A program made the position numbers and the translations under genes. From Thermoleophilia bacterium (GTDB lineage Bacteria > Actinomycetota > Thermoleophilia > Gaiellales > SKUG01): DNA of 36,270 nucleotides. The stretch spans positions 1-36,270 of the forward strand of contig JAOPYW010000247.1 of assembly GCA_025964405.1 (NCBI GenBank), read 5' to 3'. Below the pieces are notes generated by a model that did not search any database, was not told the origin of the DNA, and worked only from the letters and a program-made list of their open reading frames with translations. This document shows positions 9,706-17,280 of the stretch, one piece after another; position 1 is the stretch's first letter, and the number at the start of each line of letters is the position of its first letter.

Positions 9706-10470
9706 CTAGACCTCGCCACCCCGCGCCATGAAGGCCTGCGGATCCTCGAGGTTCTTGGTGCGATCGTCACCACGGAACAGGCCGAAGTGGAGATGCGGCC
9801 CGGTCGCGAGACCGGTCGATCCGACCTTGCCGATGTGCTGGCCCTGGGTGACGACGTCGCCCACCTTGACGTCCTGCGCCGAGAGGTGCCCGTAGTAGGT
9901 CTGCAGGCCGTCGCCGTGGTCGACGATGATCCAGTTGCCACCGATGCTGTCGGAGCTGACCTGCTTGACCACGCCGCCTGCGGCCGCGTCGACCGACGTG
10001 CCTGCGGGCACGGCATAGTCGGTGCCGGTGTGCGGGATGCTGTTGCGGATCGCCGACACCTCGCCGAAGTGCGACGTGACCGTCGCGTTCTTCACGGGGA
10101 GCTGGAGCTTCTGCTTGCCCGGGTTCCCAGCCGGTGCGGCCGGTGCGGCAGGTGCAACGGGTGCGACAGGTGCGGTCGCGGCGGGCACCGGCGTGGCTGG
10201 CACGTTCGCGTCGGCCAGCGGCGCGCCGGAGGCGCCACCCGAAACGACGTTCGTCGTCGGCCCGGCAGGGCTCCCCAACGCTCCAGCACCCTGCAACGAC
10301 TGCACGACCGCAGCCAGCTGTTCGACGGCCGCAGTCAGGCCGGCGATGGCGCTCGCGAGATCGCCCGGGACGGGCGCCGGCACCTCGCCGCCGCCGGTCG
10401 TCGTCGGTGCCACGTCCGGTGTCGGGGCCGTCGGGAGTGTCGCGGTGTGGGATGTGACGCACATGCTCAT
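9706..10470 (-). CDS. M23 (LytM-type) peptidoglycan metalloendopeptidase with a non-catalytic N-terminal module
   Basis: Catalytic motifs HTGTD (HxxxD) and GPHLHF (HxH), plus GNWIIVDHGDGLQTYYGHL. A PA-rich linker separates this from an N-terminal region homologous to that of the CHAP protein at 27403. ATG at 10470; a second ATG at 10464. Confidence 0.9.
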   Translation of the reverse strand: MSMCVTSHTATLPTAPTPDVAPTTTGGGEVPAPVPGDLASAIAGLTAAVEQLAAVVQSLQGAGALGSPAGPTTNVVSGGASGAPLADANVPATPVPAATAPVAPVAPAAPAAPAGNPGKQKLQLPVKNATVTSHFGEVSAIRNSIPHTGTDYAVPAGTSVDAAAGGVVKQVSSDSIGGNWIIVDHGDGLQTYYGHLSAQDVKVGDVVTQGQHIGKVGSTGLATGPHLHFGLFRGDDRTKNLEDPQAFMARGGEV

Positions 10471-10531
10471 GGCATCAGCATGCGCCCTGATGCGTCAATC
10501 GCGACTAGGAAGCTCTACCTAGGCTAAGCCC

Positions 10532-11977
10532 CTAGACGTCGGCCGGTTCGCTCGCGGCGCGGCGGGCATCGATGAGGCCGAGCCGCAGCACGAGGCCGAC
10601 CCAGGCGAGCCCGCACACCACTGCGACGAGCATCCGCGCACCGTCAGCCGCTACGAACAGGGGCGGAATCGCCACTCCGAGACCGAGTGCGACGCCCCGC
10701 GCCGCCCGGCCGACCTCGACCCGCGCGCCGTGCCTGCGGGTCGCGTGCCACTGCAGTGCGAGCAGCACGACGATGCTCACTGCCAGCACCGCCCAGGCGA
10801 CGTCGCGCTCCGGGTGGCCCACCGACTCGCGCGCCGCGATCCACGCCGCGCACGCGGTCGCCGCCACACCCGCCCCGCCGATCGCCAGCGCGCCGCGCAC
10901 ACGACCGATGGCGACGTCGACCGCAAGCAGCCCCGACACCACGGTGATCACGGCCGTCGCGAGCGCGAGCGGCGCGACGACGAGGTCGTCGATGCGGTAC
11001 GCGTGCCCGAACACGACGCGCGCAGCCGCGTCGCCCGCAGCGACGAGGATGCAGGTCGGACCCGCCAGCAGCACCAGGGTGTCGGTCAGCGTGCGACGGA
11101 TCGCCTGCGCTCGAGCCGCAGCGCCGCGTGCGGCGACGATGGCCGGCACCATGGCGATGCTCGTCGCCTGCAGCAGGAAGAACGGCACGTGCGCCAGCGT
11201 TCCGTACGCCACGTACACGCCCACCGGATGTGACGCGCCGCCGAGCACGCCCGACATCGCGAAGACGTCGACCACGAAGAACCCCGTCACCGCCACCGAG
11301 GCGAGGGCCACCGGCACGACGTGCGCGAGCATGCGACGACGCACCGGCGCCACCGGCACCGCGGCCGCAGGGTGGCGTGCGAGCAGGGGAGCCGACGCGA
11401 CGAGCGGCGCGAGCACGTAGCCCACGATCGCCCCGTCGATGCCCCAGGCCGCCGCTCCACCCACGGTCAGCACGAGGCGCGCGACCGCGTAGGCCGCCTG
11501 CGTGAGCGACTGCCGCGCGTAGTCGCGCACGCCGGTCGGCCAGGCCAACAGCACCGCGTTGACGCCGAACGACAGCGCGCCGAGGGAGCCGATCGCGAAC
11601 TGCACCGCGAGGTCACCTGACCCGAACCACCGGGAGGCGAAGGGCGACGCGGCGACGCCGAGCACGGCGAGGCCGATCGCGAGACGCATGCCGAGCCCGG
11701 CCCCGGCGCGCCATGCGGTCGCGGTGTCGACATCGCTCCCCGCCATCTCGCGCGCCGTGCTCGTGGCGATGCCCTTGACCAGGAGCGCGGTCAGGATGGT
11801 GATCCAGGAGAGCACGACCCCGTATCCGCCGAAGTCGTCGGGGTCGAGCATGCGGGCGAGGATCGTGGTCGATCCGTACCCGAGCACCACGTAGAGGCCG
11901 TTGGCGAGGGCGAGCAGGAGCACCCCGCGGCCGAAGCCGCTCGTGGTGTCCTCGCGATGTGGCTCAGTGACTGACAT
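10532..11977 (-). CDS. polysaccharide/oligosaccharide flippase (Wzx-like, MOP superfamily)
   Basis: 481 aa with about 14 hydrophobic helices. The N-terminus LLALANGLYVVLGYGSTTILARMLDPDDFGGYGVV is typical of polysaccharide biosynthesis (Wzx) proteins. Confidence 0.8.
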   Translation of the reverse strand: MSVTEPHREDTTSGFGRGVLLLALANGLYVVLGYGSTTILARMLDPDDFGGYGVVLSWITILTALLVKGIATSTAREMAGSDVDTATAWRAGAGLGMRLAIGLAVLGVAASPFASRWFGSGDLAVQFAIGSLGALSFGVNAVLLAWPTGVRDYARQSLTQAAYAVARLVLTVGGAAAWGIDGAIVGYVLAPLVASAPLLARHPAAAVPVAPVRRRMLAHVVPVALASVAVTGFFVVDVFAMSGVLGGASHPVGVYVAYGTLAHVPFFLLQATSIAMVPAIVAARGAAARAQAIRRTLTDTLVLLAGPTCILVAAGDAAARVVFGHAYRIDDLVVAPLALATAVITVVSGLLAVDVAIGRVRGALAIGGAGVAATACAAWIAARESVGHPERDVAWAVLAVSIVVLLALQWHATRRHGARVEVGRAARGVALGLGVAIPPLFVAADGARMLVAVVCGLAWVGLVLRLGLIDARRAASEPADV

Positions 11978-12026
11978 GTCGTCAGGCGCAGCCTACGCTG
12001 CTCGCGCGATGGAGGCTCGCTGGTGG

Positions 12027-12710
12027 TTACTCGCTCGCGAGGCGCTTGCGCGTCGCGGCGGCGACGTCGGCGAGCGTGCTGCCCTCCGCATCGAGGCGCG
12101 AGATGAGGGAGCGGATGTCTGCTTCCTCGCTCGCGTCCACGACACCGTCGTCGTCGATCGAACCGCGGAGCGAGCCAGCCTCGCCGGCGACGCGGCGGAA
12201 CGTCTCCTGCGCATGCTGGATGCCGGCGTTCTCCGCCTTCGGGAACGCGACGTGGTGACCGGCGAGGCCCGCTTCACCCGGTACCCAGGCGCCGTTGGTC
12301 GGGTAGGCGCCGTGATGCATGTCGCTCGCGTAGAGCTCGACGTCGCGAAGGGCAGCCTGGAGGATGTCGACGCGCGACGCGTCGGGGTGGGCTGCGTCGA
12401 TCTTCTTCGCACGCAGCGCCTCGTGGCCGTAGTCGTTGACCTTGACCGTCGTGCCGGCCTTCGCGTCGAGCACGCCCAGGGCCACGGTGAGCGCGTGGCT
12501 CGAGGCGCCGGCGACGGCGCGGAGCGAGGGCCCGTAGTAGATGTCGTAGATATCGCCACCGGCATCGGCGATGCGAACCGACTCGAGCTTGCCGCGCTCG
12601 GAGTCGTCGGCCGACGTGCCCAGGATGAGCACGGCGTTCGTGCGAACCTGGCGTCCTTCCGCCGAGAGCGACTTGGGCTGCGGTGCGCTGGATCCAATGC
12701 TGTTCGACAT
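12027..12710 (-). CDS. hypothetical soluble protein (227 aa)
   Basis: The ATG at 12710 is preceded by GGGGGGAACGC. Third positions are G/C-biased throughout. No TM segment, signal or recognisable motif. Confidence 0.6.
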   Translation of the reverse strand: MSNSIGSSAPQPKSLSAEGRQVRTNAVLILGTSADDSERGKLESVRIADAGGDIYDIYYGPSLRAVAGASSHALTVALGVLDAKAGTTVKVNDYGHEALRAKKIDAAHPDASRVDILQAALRDVELYASDMHHGAYPTNGAWVPGEAGLAGHHVAFPKAENAGIQHAQETFRRVAGEAGSLRGSIDDDGVVDASEEADIRSLISRLDAEGSTLADVAAATRKRLASE

Positions 12711-12804
12711 GCGTTCCCCCCGGATGCTGTGGCCCCCACGACCCACTGCCTGATCGTCGAGGACCGAACGAAATTCGTTGCACCATCACGCAGCCAAACC
12801 AACG

Positions 12805-12836
12805 ACGAGGGGCGCGCCGGATGGCACGCCCCTCGT
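12805..12836 (-). terminator. hairpin downstream of the histidine phosphatase gene
   Basis: Perfect 10-bp stem ACGAGGGGCG (12805-12814) / CGCCCCTCGT (12827-12836) with a 12-nt loop, 23 nt past the stop at 12859. Confidence 0.5.
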
Positions 12837-12858
12837 ATCCATCAGGTCGCCCGGTCGA

Positions 12859-13512
12859 TCAGGTCGAGCTGCGCGCGAGGTCGGCGTCGCTGCGGACGTC
12901 GCCCTCGAGCTTCGAGGCGAACGTGACGACGCCGTCGGTCACCTCGAACACGAGCGAGCCGCCGGTCGAGATCGGGAACGACCAGTCGGTCGTGATCTGG
13001 CCCGCGGTCCCGAGCACGGCGAGCCGGAGCATGACGCCGTGCGACACGGCGGCGACGGTCTCGCCCGGATGGCGCTCGCCGATGGTCTTGAGGGCGCGCA
13101 CGACGCGGTCCTCGGCAGCGATGAGCGACTCACCGCCGGGGCAGTGGGCACCCCGCGGGTCGGTCTTGTACGCCTTCCACGCGGCGGGGTCGACGGCTTC
13201 CGACTCCTCGTTCGTCAGGCCTTCCCAGCGGCCGTAGTCGAGGTTGACGAGGTCGTCGAGCGGCACGACGTCGTCGAGCTTGGAGCCCGTCGCGATGGCG
13301 GTGCCGACCTCGAAGGCGCGGCCGAGCGGGCTGGAGTAGACGATGGAGATGCCCTCGCTCGCGAGCTTGAGGCCGGCGGCGATGGCCTGCTTGCGGCCGG
13401 TGCGGTTGAGCGGCACGTCGCGACGTCCGCGGAAGCGGATCGGGGTGGTGTTGAGCAGGGTCTGGCCGTGGCGCACCAGGTGGATCGTGGTCGTCTGGCT
13501 GGAAGCCGACAT
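12859..13512 (-). CDS. histidine phosphatase family protein (phosphoglycerate mutase-like)
   Basis: RHG motif IHLVRHGQT, distal catalytic-His region VAAVSHGVMLR, and GRWEGLT. Strong AAGGAG RBS. Confidence 0.9.
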   Translation of the reverse strand: MSASSQTTTIHLVRHGQTLLNTTPIRFRGRRDVPLNRTGRKQAIAAGLKLASEGISIVYSSPLGRAFEVGTAIATGSKLDDVVPLDDLVNLDYGRWEGLTNEESEAVDPAAWKAYKTDPRGAHCPGGESLIAAEDRVVRALKTIGERHPGETVAAVSHGVMLRLAVLGTAGQITTDWSFPISTGGSLVFEVTDGVVTFASKLEGDVRSDADLARSST

Positions 13513-13615
13513 ATCAGTAACTCCTTTTTGGGGTATACAAGAAATCTATTACTCTGCTACAGTCTACCGCATCGGGCGTTCGTGCGCGCCGGCATGAATC
13601 CACGCAGGAGTAGCA

Positions 13616-15019
13616 ATGAGCCTCGCCTCACTCGACATCTTCCACGTCCTCGCAGCCATCGCGGCACTGCTCGTCTTCGCGCACGCCTTCGGCTTCCTCG
13701 CCCAGAAGCTCGGGCTCCCCGCGATCATCGGCGAGATCGCCGGTGGCCTCGTGCTCGGGGCCACCGTGCTCAAGCGCGTCTGGCCCGACGGCTCGGCCTG
13801 GCTCTTCCAGCCGGCGCCCGCCGACGCACTGACCCAGCCCACTCCCGCGATGCTGCCCATCCTCGGCATCTGCAGCCAGCTGGGCCTGCTGCTCCTCATG
13901 TTCCTCGGCGGGCTCCAGATGAAGCGGCTCGTCACCAAGCGCGACGCCAAGGCGGTGGGGTGGATCTCCAGCCTCGGCGTACTCATCCCGGTGGGCATCG
14001 GCCTGGTTCTGCTGCAGTTCATCGACGTCGATCGGTACGTCGGCGTCGCGCACTCCAGGACCGCCCTCGACATCGTGCTGCTGACGGCGCTCGCCGTGAC
14101 CAGCATCCCGGTCATCACGCGCATCTTCATGGACCTCGGGCTCATGAAGACCCGCCTCGCACGCATCGTGCTCTCGGTCGCGGTCATCGAGGACGTGCTG
14201 CTCTACATCGCCGTGTCGATCGCGGTCGGCATGGCCGATGCCTCGAGCAAGGCCGACGCGTCGATCCCCGCGTTCCTCGACATGGATCCGAACTCGACCG
14301 CGTTCATCCTGTGGCACATCGCCGCGAGCCTGACGCTCCTCGCCGTCGCATCGTGGGGCTTCCGCTCGCTCGGCAACTCGACGAGCGCACGCCTCAACCT
14401 GATCGCGCGCCGCAGCCCGGTCGGTTGGCAGCTCGCACTGGTCTTCGTCACCACGATCGTGGCCATGCTGCTCGGGCTCGCCCCGCTCTACGGCGCCCTC
14501 GTCGCAGGCATCGCGGCGTCGAACGACGTGCGCCCCGACTTCGTCGCGGCGCGCCTGCAGATCGAGAAGTTCGCCACCGGCTTCTTCATCCCGCTCTACT
14601 TCGCGCTCATCGGCGTGTCACTCGACCTCGTGGCCAACTTCGACTGGAAGTTCACGGTCGGCATGCTCATGGTGGGCACCGCGGTGAAGTACTTCGGGTC
14701 GCTGCTCGGTGCACGGATCGCCGGTGAACCCGCTGCGATGGCGAACGCCCTCGCGATCAGCGTGAACGCGCGCGGCGGCCCCGGCATCGTGCTCGCCACG
14801 ACCGCCTTCGCGGCCGGCATCATCGACTCACGCGCCTACACCGGGCTGATCATCCTCGCCCTCGCGACGTCGGTCATCGCCGGCACGTGGCTGGCCCGCA
14901 TCCTGCGCACGAACCCCGCGACCACGAAGCTCATCACCGGCGACGGCGAGAGCGACGTGGCGGCGACGAGCTCACCGAACCTGCCCGCGGAGGCCGGCGT
15001 ACCGGCCGGCGCGCGCTGA
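13616..15019 (+). CDS. cation:proton antiporter (Na+/H+ exchanger family, CPA-type)
   Basis: 467 aa, 12-13 helices. The N-terminus FGFLAQKLGLPAIIGEIAGGLVLG is characteristic of KefB/NapA-type antiporters. AGGAG RBS. Confidence 0.9.
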   Translation: MSLASLDIFHVLAAIAALLVFAHAFGFLAQKLGLPAIIGEIAGGLVLGATVLKRVWPDGSAWLFQPAPADALTQPTPAMLPILGICSQLGLLLLMFLGGLQMKRLVTKRDAKAVGWISSLGVLIPVGIGLVLLQFIDVDRYVGVAHSRTALDIVLLTALAVTSIPVITRIFMDLGLMKTRLARIVLSVAVIEDVLLYIAVSIAVGMADASSKADASIPAFLDMDPNSTAFILWHIAASLTLLAVASWGFRSLGNSTSARLNLIARRSPVGWQLALVFVTTIVAMLLGLAPLYGALVAGIAASNDVRPDFVAARLQIEKFATGFFIPLYFALIGVSLDLVANFDWKFTVGMLMVGTAVKYFGSLLGARIAGEPAAMANALAISVNARGGPGIVLATTAFAAGIIDSRAYTGLIILALATSVIAGTWLARILRTNPATTKLITGDGESDVAATSSPNLPAEAGVPAGAR

Positions 15020-15066
15020 CGACTTCCGCGCGCGGCCGAGCACGAGCGGCGTGCGCACGGAACACG

Positions 15067-15112
15067 GGAACGCCCCCGCGGTCGACATGCTCGATGACCA
15101 CGGGGGCGTTCC
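15067..15112. terminator. hairpin between the convergent antiporter and amt genes (candidate bidirectional terminator)
   Basis: Perfect 12-bp inverted repeat GGAACGCCCCCG (15067-15078) / CGGGGGCGTTCC (15101-15112), followed by TGTTCGT. Confidence 0.6.
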
Positions 15113-15153
15113 TGTTCGTCCATGTGTCGCAGGGGGTACGACGTGTACGGGTG

Positions 15154-16536
15154 CTAGACCTGGGTGGTGACCTGGGTCTCGCGCACCTCGATGCCGGTTG
15201 CTGCATCGATCACGGCAACTTCCGTGAACTCGTAGCCGGCGACGCCGTGCTCGGAGAGGTCGAGACCCTCGGCCTCGACCTCCGCCTCGACGCGGATGCC
15301 GACGGTCTTCTTCATGATCCACAGCGCCGCGAACGACAAGGTGAAGCTGAAGGCGCCGACCGCGAGGAGCCCGAGCGCCTGCGTGCCGAGCTGGTGGAAG
15401 CTGCCGGTGTAGAGCAGGCCGCCCTCGCCGGTGTCGAGGCGTCGCGCGAGCGACGGCAGCGCGAAGATGCCGAGGCTGAGCGTGCCCCACACGCCGGCGA
15501 TGCCGTGCACGGCGACGGCGCCGATCGGGTCATCGATGCCGGCCTTGGCGATCACCGGGATCAGCAGGTTCGCGCCGAGGCCCGCCACGAAGCCGATGAC
15601 GATGGCGGCCCACGGCGACACGAACGCGCAGGCTGCCGTGATCGCGACGAGCGCGGCGATGATGCCGTTGAGCCAGGTACCGATGTCGGCCTTGCGGTGG
15701 AGGATCCTCGAGGCGACGCCGCCGCCGACGAGGCCCGCGGCAGCGCCGAGGTTGGTGGTCAGCGCGACGTACCCCGCGAAGCCGAGGCCACCGAACTCCA
15801 CCCCGAGCGTCGATCCGGCGTTGAAGCCCATCCAGCCGACCCAGAGGATGATGGTGCCGATCACGGCGTACGGCAGGTTGTGGCTGTTGATGGGGAGGGC
15901 GCCCACGCCGCCCTTGCGCTCGGCGAAGCGACCGATGCGCGGCCCGAGGAGGATCGCGCCGGCCAGGGCCGCGAGCGCTCCCTGGTAGTGCACGACGGTC
16001 GAGCCGGCGAAGTCCTGCATGCCCCGCGCGAACAGCCAGCCGTCGGCCGACCAGATCCAGTGCGAGACGACCGAATAGATGAGCGTGAAGGCGACGCCGA
16101 AGACCCCGTAGACCCACAGCTTGGTGCGTTCGGCCATCGCGCCCCAGACGATCGCCAGCGACACGCCGGCGAACACGACCTCGAAGAACCAGCCGGCCGC
16201 TGCCGGGATGCCGGAGAAGAACGCGAACGGTCCCGATCCGATCGCCGTCAGGTCGGCTGCGCTCGGCCAGAACCCGGACGTGCCGATGAGCTGGCCCCAG
16301 AAGTGGGAGGTGCCCTCCGCCTTCGCGCCGAAGGCGAGGCCGAAACCGACCGCGTAGTAGACCAGTGCACACACCGCGAAGATGAGCACGTTCTTGCCCG
16401 CCGTGTGGGCGGCGTTCTTCATGCGGGTGAGGCCCGCTTCGAGCAGCGCGAAGCCTGCCTGCATGAAGAGCACGAGGGTGGCTGCGACCAGCACCCACAC
16501 GGTGCTGATGGCGATGGTCAGTTCGGCTTCGCTCAC
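15154..16536 (-). CDS. amt: ammonium transporter
   Basis: The GTG at 16536 is preceded by GAGG with a 5-nt spacer. Sequence FMQAGFALLEAGLTRMKNAAH...AGSTVVHYQGALAALAGAILLGPRIGRF...GIAGVWGTL is a classical Amt/MEP signature. Confidence 0.93.
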   Translation of the reverse strand: MSEAELTIAISTVWVLVAATLVLFMQAGFALLEAGLTRMKNAAHTAGKNVLIFAVCALVYYAVGFGLAFGAKAEGTSHFWGQLIGTSGFWPSAADLTAIGSGPFAFFSGIPAAAGWFFEVVFAGVSLAIVWGAMAERTKLWVYGVFGVAFTLIYSVVSHWIWSADGWLFARGMQDFAGSTVVHYQGALAALAGAILLGPRIGRFAERKGGVGALPINSHNLPYAVIGTIILWVGWMGFNAGSTLGVEFGGLGFAGYVALTTNLGAAAGLVGGGVASRILHRKADIGTWLNGIIAALVAITAACAFVSPWAAIVIGFVAGLGANLLIPVIAKAGIDDPIGAVAVHGIAGVWGTLSLGIFALPSLARRLDTGEGGLLYTGSFHQLGTQALGLLAVGAFSFTLSFAALWIMKKTVGIRVEAEVEAEGLDLSEHGVAGYEFTEVAVIDAATGIEVRETQVTTQV

Positions 16537-16542
16537 GGATAC

Positions 16543-16572
16543 CTCGATGGATCGGATACGGGTTCCATCGAG
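16543..16572 (-). promoter_or_regulatory. leader hairpin whose 3' arm covers the amt Shine-Dalgarno
   Basis: In mRNA sense: CTCGATGGA-N12-TCCATCGAG, then G, then 5 nt, then GTG. This is a perfect 9-bp stem. The GAGG used as the RBS lies within and abutting the 3' arm. Confidence 0.4.
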
Positions 16573-16686
16573 TGTTGCCCCCGGGATACGCCATGCCAAG
16601 CGCGTTCTGGTACCCCGATGCGCGATCTTTGGACACGTGCACAAGCCCACGGCCCATTTTGGCGCAAGCGAGTTCCAGAATGGAAC

Positions 16687-17280
16687 CTACAAGCAGGGGG
16701 CAAGCACGGATCGCACACGTGCCGTGAGCCGATCCACGTCGAGCTGATGGTCCCACGCGACCTCGCGCACCGCATGCGCGATCGAGGGCTCGTCGAGGGG
16801 CTCTCCGAGGCGCGCCTGCAGCGTCGTTCGCAGGTGCTGCGCGAGTTCCCAGGCCGCATCCGGCTCGAGGCCCGCCTGGAGCGTGAACTCGATCGCGATG
16901 GGGCGCCCGGCCGGGAGCGTCAGGTGCTCGGGCATGAGGGCGAGCAGCGGGGGGTGGCCCGCGATGAACGATTCGGCCAGGTCGCCTCGCGTCCGCGTGC
17001 GCGCGCGGAACTCCTCCACGAGGCTCCGCGGGCGCACGCCCGCCGGGAGCAGGCCGAACCCCCACGCGAGGGGGTCCTCGGCCACCTCGGCCACCAGCGC
17101 CGTACGTTGCTGCACGAGCCGCACCAGCACGTCGGGCTGCACGCCGAGCTCCGAGGCCCAGCCGCGCAGCTGCTCATCCGTCGCCCCTGCAGGGATGAGC
17201 GCCGGCTCCGCGGGCGGGGTGTGCCCCCACATCGCGGTCGCCGTCCTCAGTCCGCGCCGGAGGCGGCGGCCCAACGTCAT
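16687..17280 (-). CDS. hypothetical protein (197 aa), translationally coupled to the M16 peptidase gene
   Basis: ATG 17280-17278 overlaps the TGA stop (17279-17277) of the upstream gene as ATGA. An alternative ATG gives MWGHT at 17232. No motif recognised. Confidence 0.55.
   Translation of the reverse strand: MTLGRRLRRGLRTATAMWGHTPPAEPALIPAGATDEQLRGWASELGVQPDVLVRLVQQRTALVAEVAEDPLAWGFGLLPAGVRPRSLVEEFRARTRTRGDLAESFIAGHPPLLALMPEHLTLPAGRPIAIEFTLQAGLEPDAAWELAQHLRTTLQARLGEPLDEPSIAHAVREVAWDHQLDVDRLTARVRSVLAPCL

Noticed and set aside
10471-10531. Possible cyclic-di-AMP (ydaO-type) riboswitch upstream of the wall hydrolase genes, as known for some actinobacterial hydrolases. The same check was made at 27304..27402.
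   Set aside because: The intergenic spaces are only 61 and 99 nt, too short for that riboswitch class. I could not see its conserved pseudo-symmetric motifs. Only simple hairpins are present.
10519-10535. CTAGGCTAAGCCCCTAG, reminiscent of the TAGGCTAA core of DtxR/IdeR iron boxes. It lies between the flippase stop and the M23 start, and a DtxR-family gene is present in the window.
   Set aside because: Only about 10 of 19 positions match TTAGGTTAGGCTAACCTAA when aligned on the core. The outer half-sites do not match, and part of the element overlaps the flippase stop codon.
15020-15153. Expected a glnK (PII) gene downstream of amt.
   Set aside because: There is no ORF. The 134-nt gap contains only a 12-bp-stem hairpin and then the convergent antiporter stop. 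The absence is reported under the amt finding rather than as a feature.
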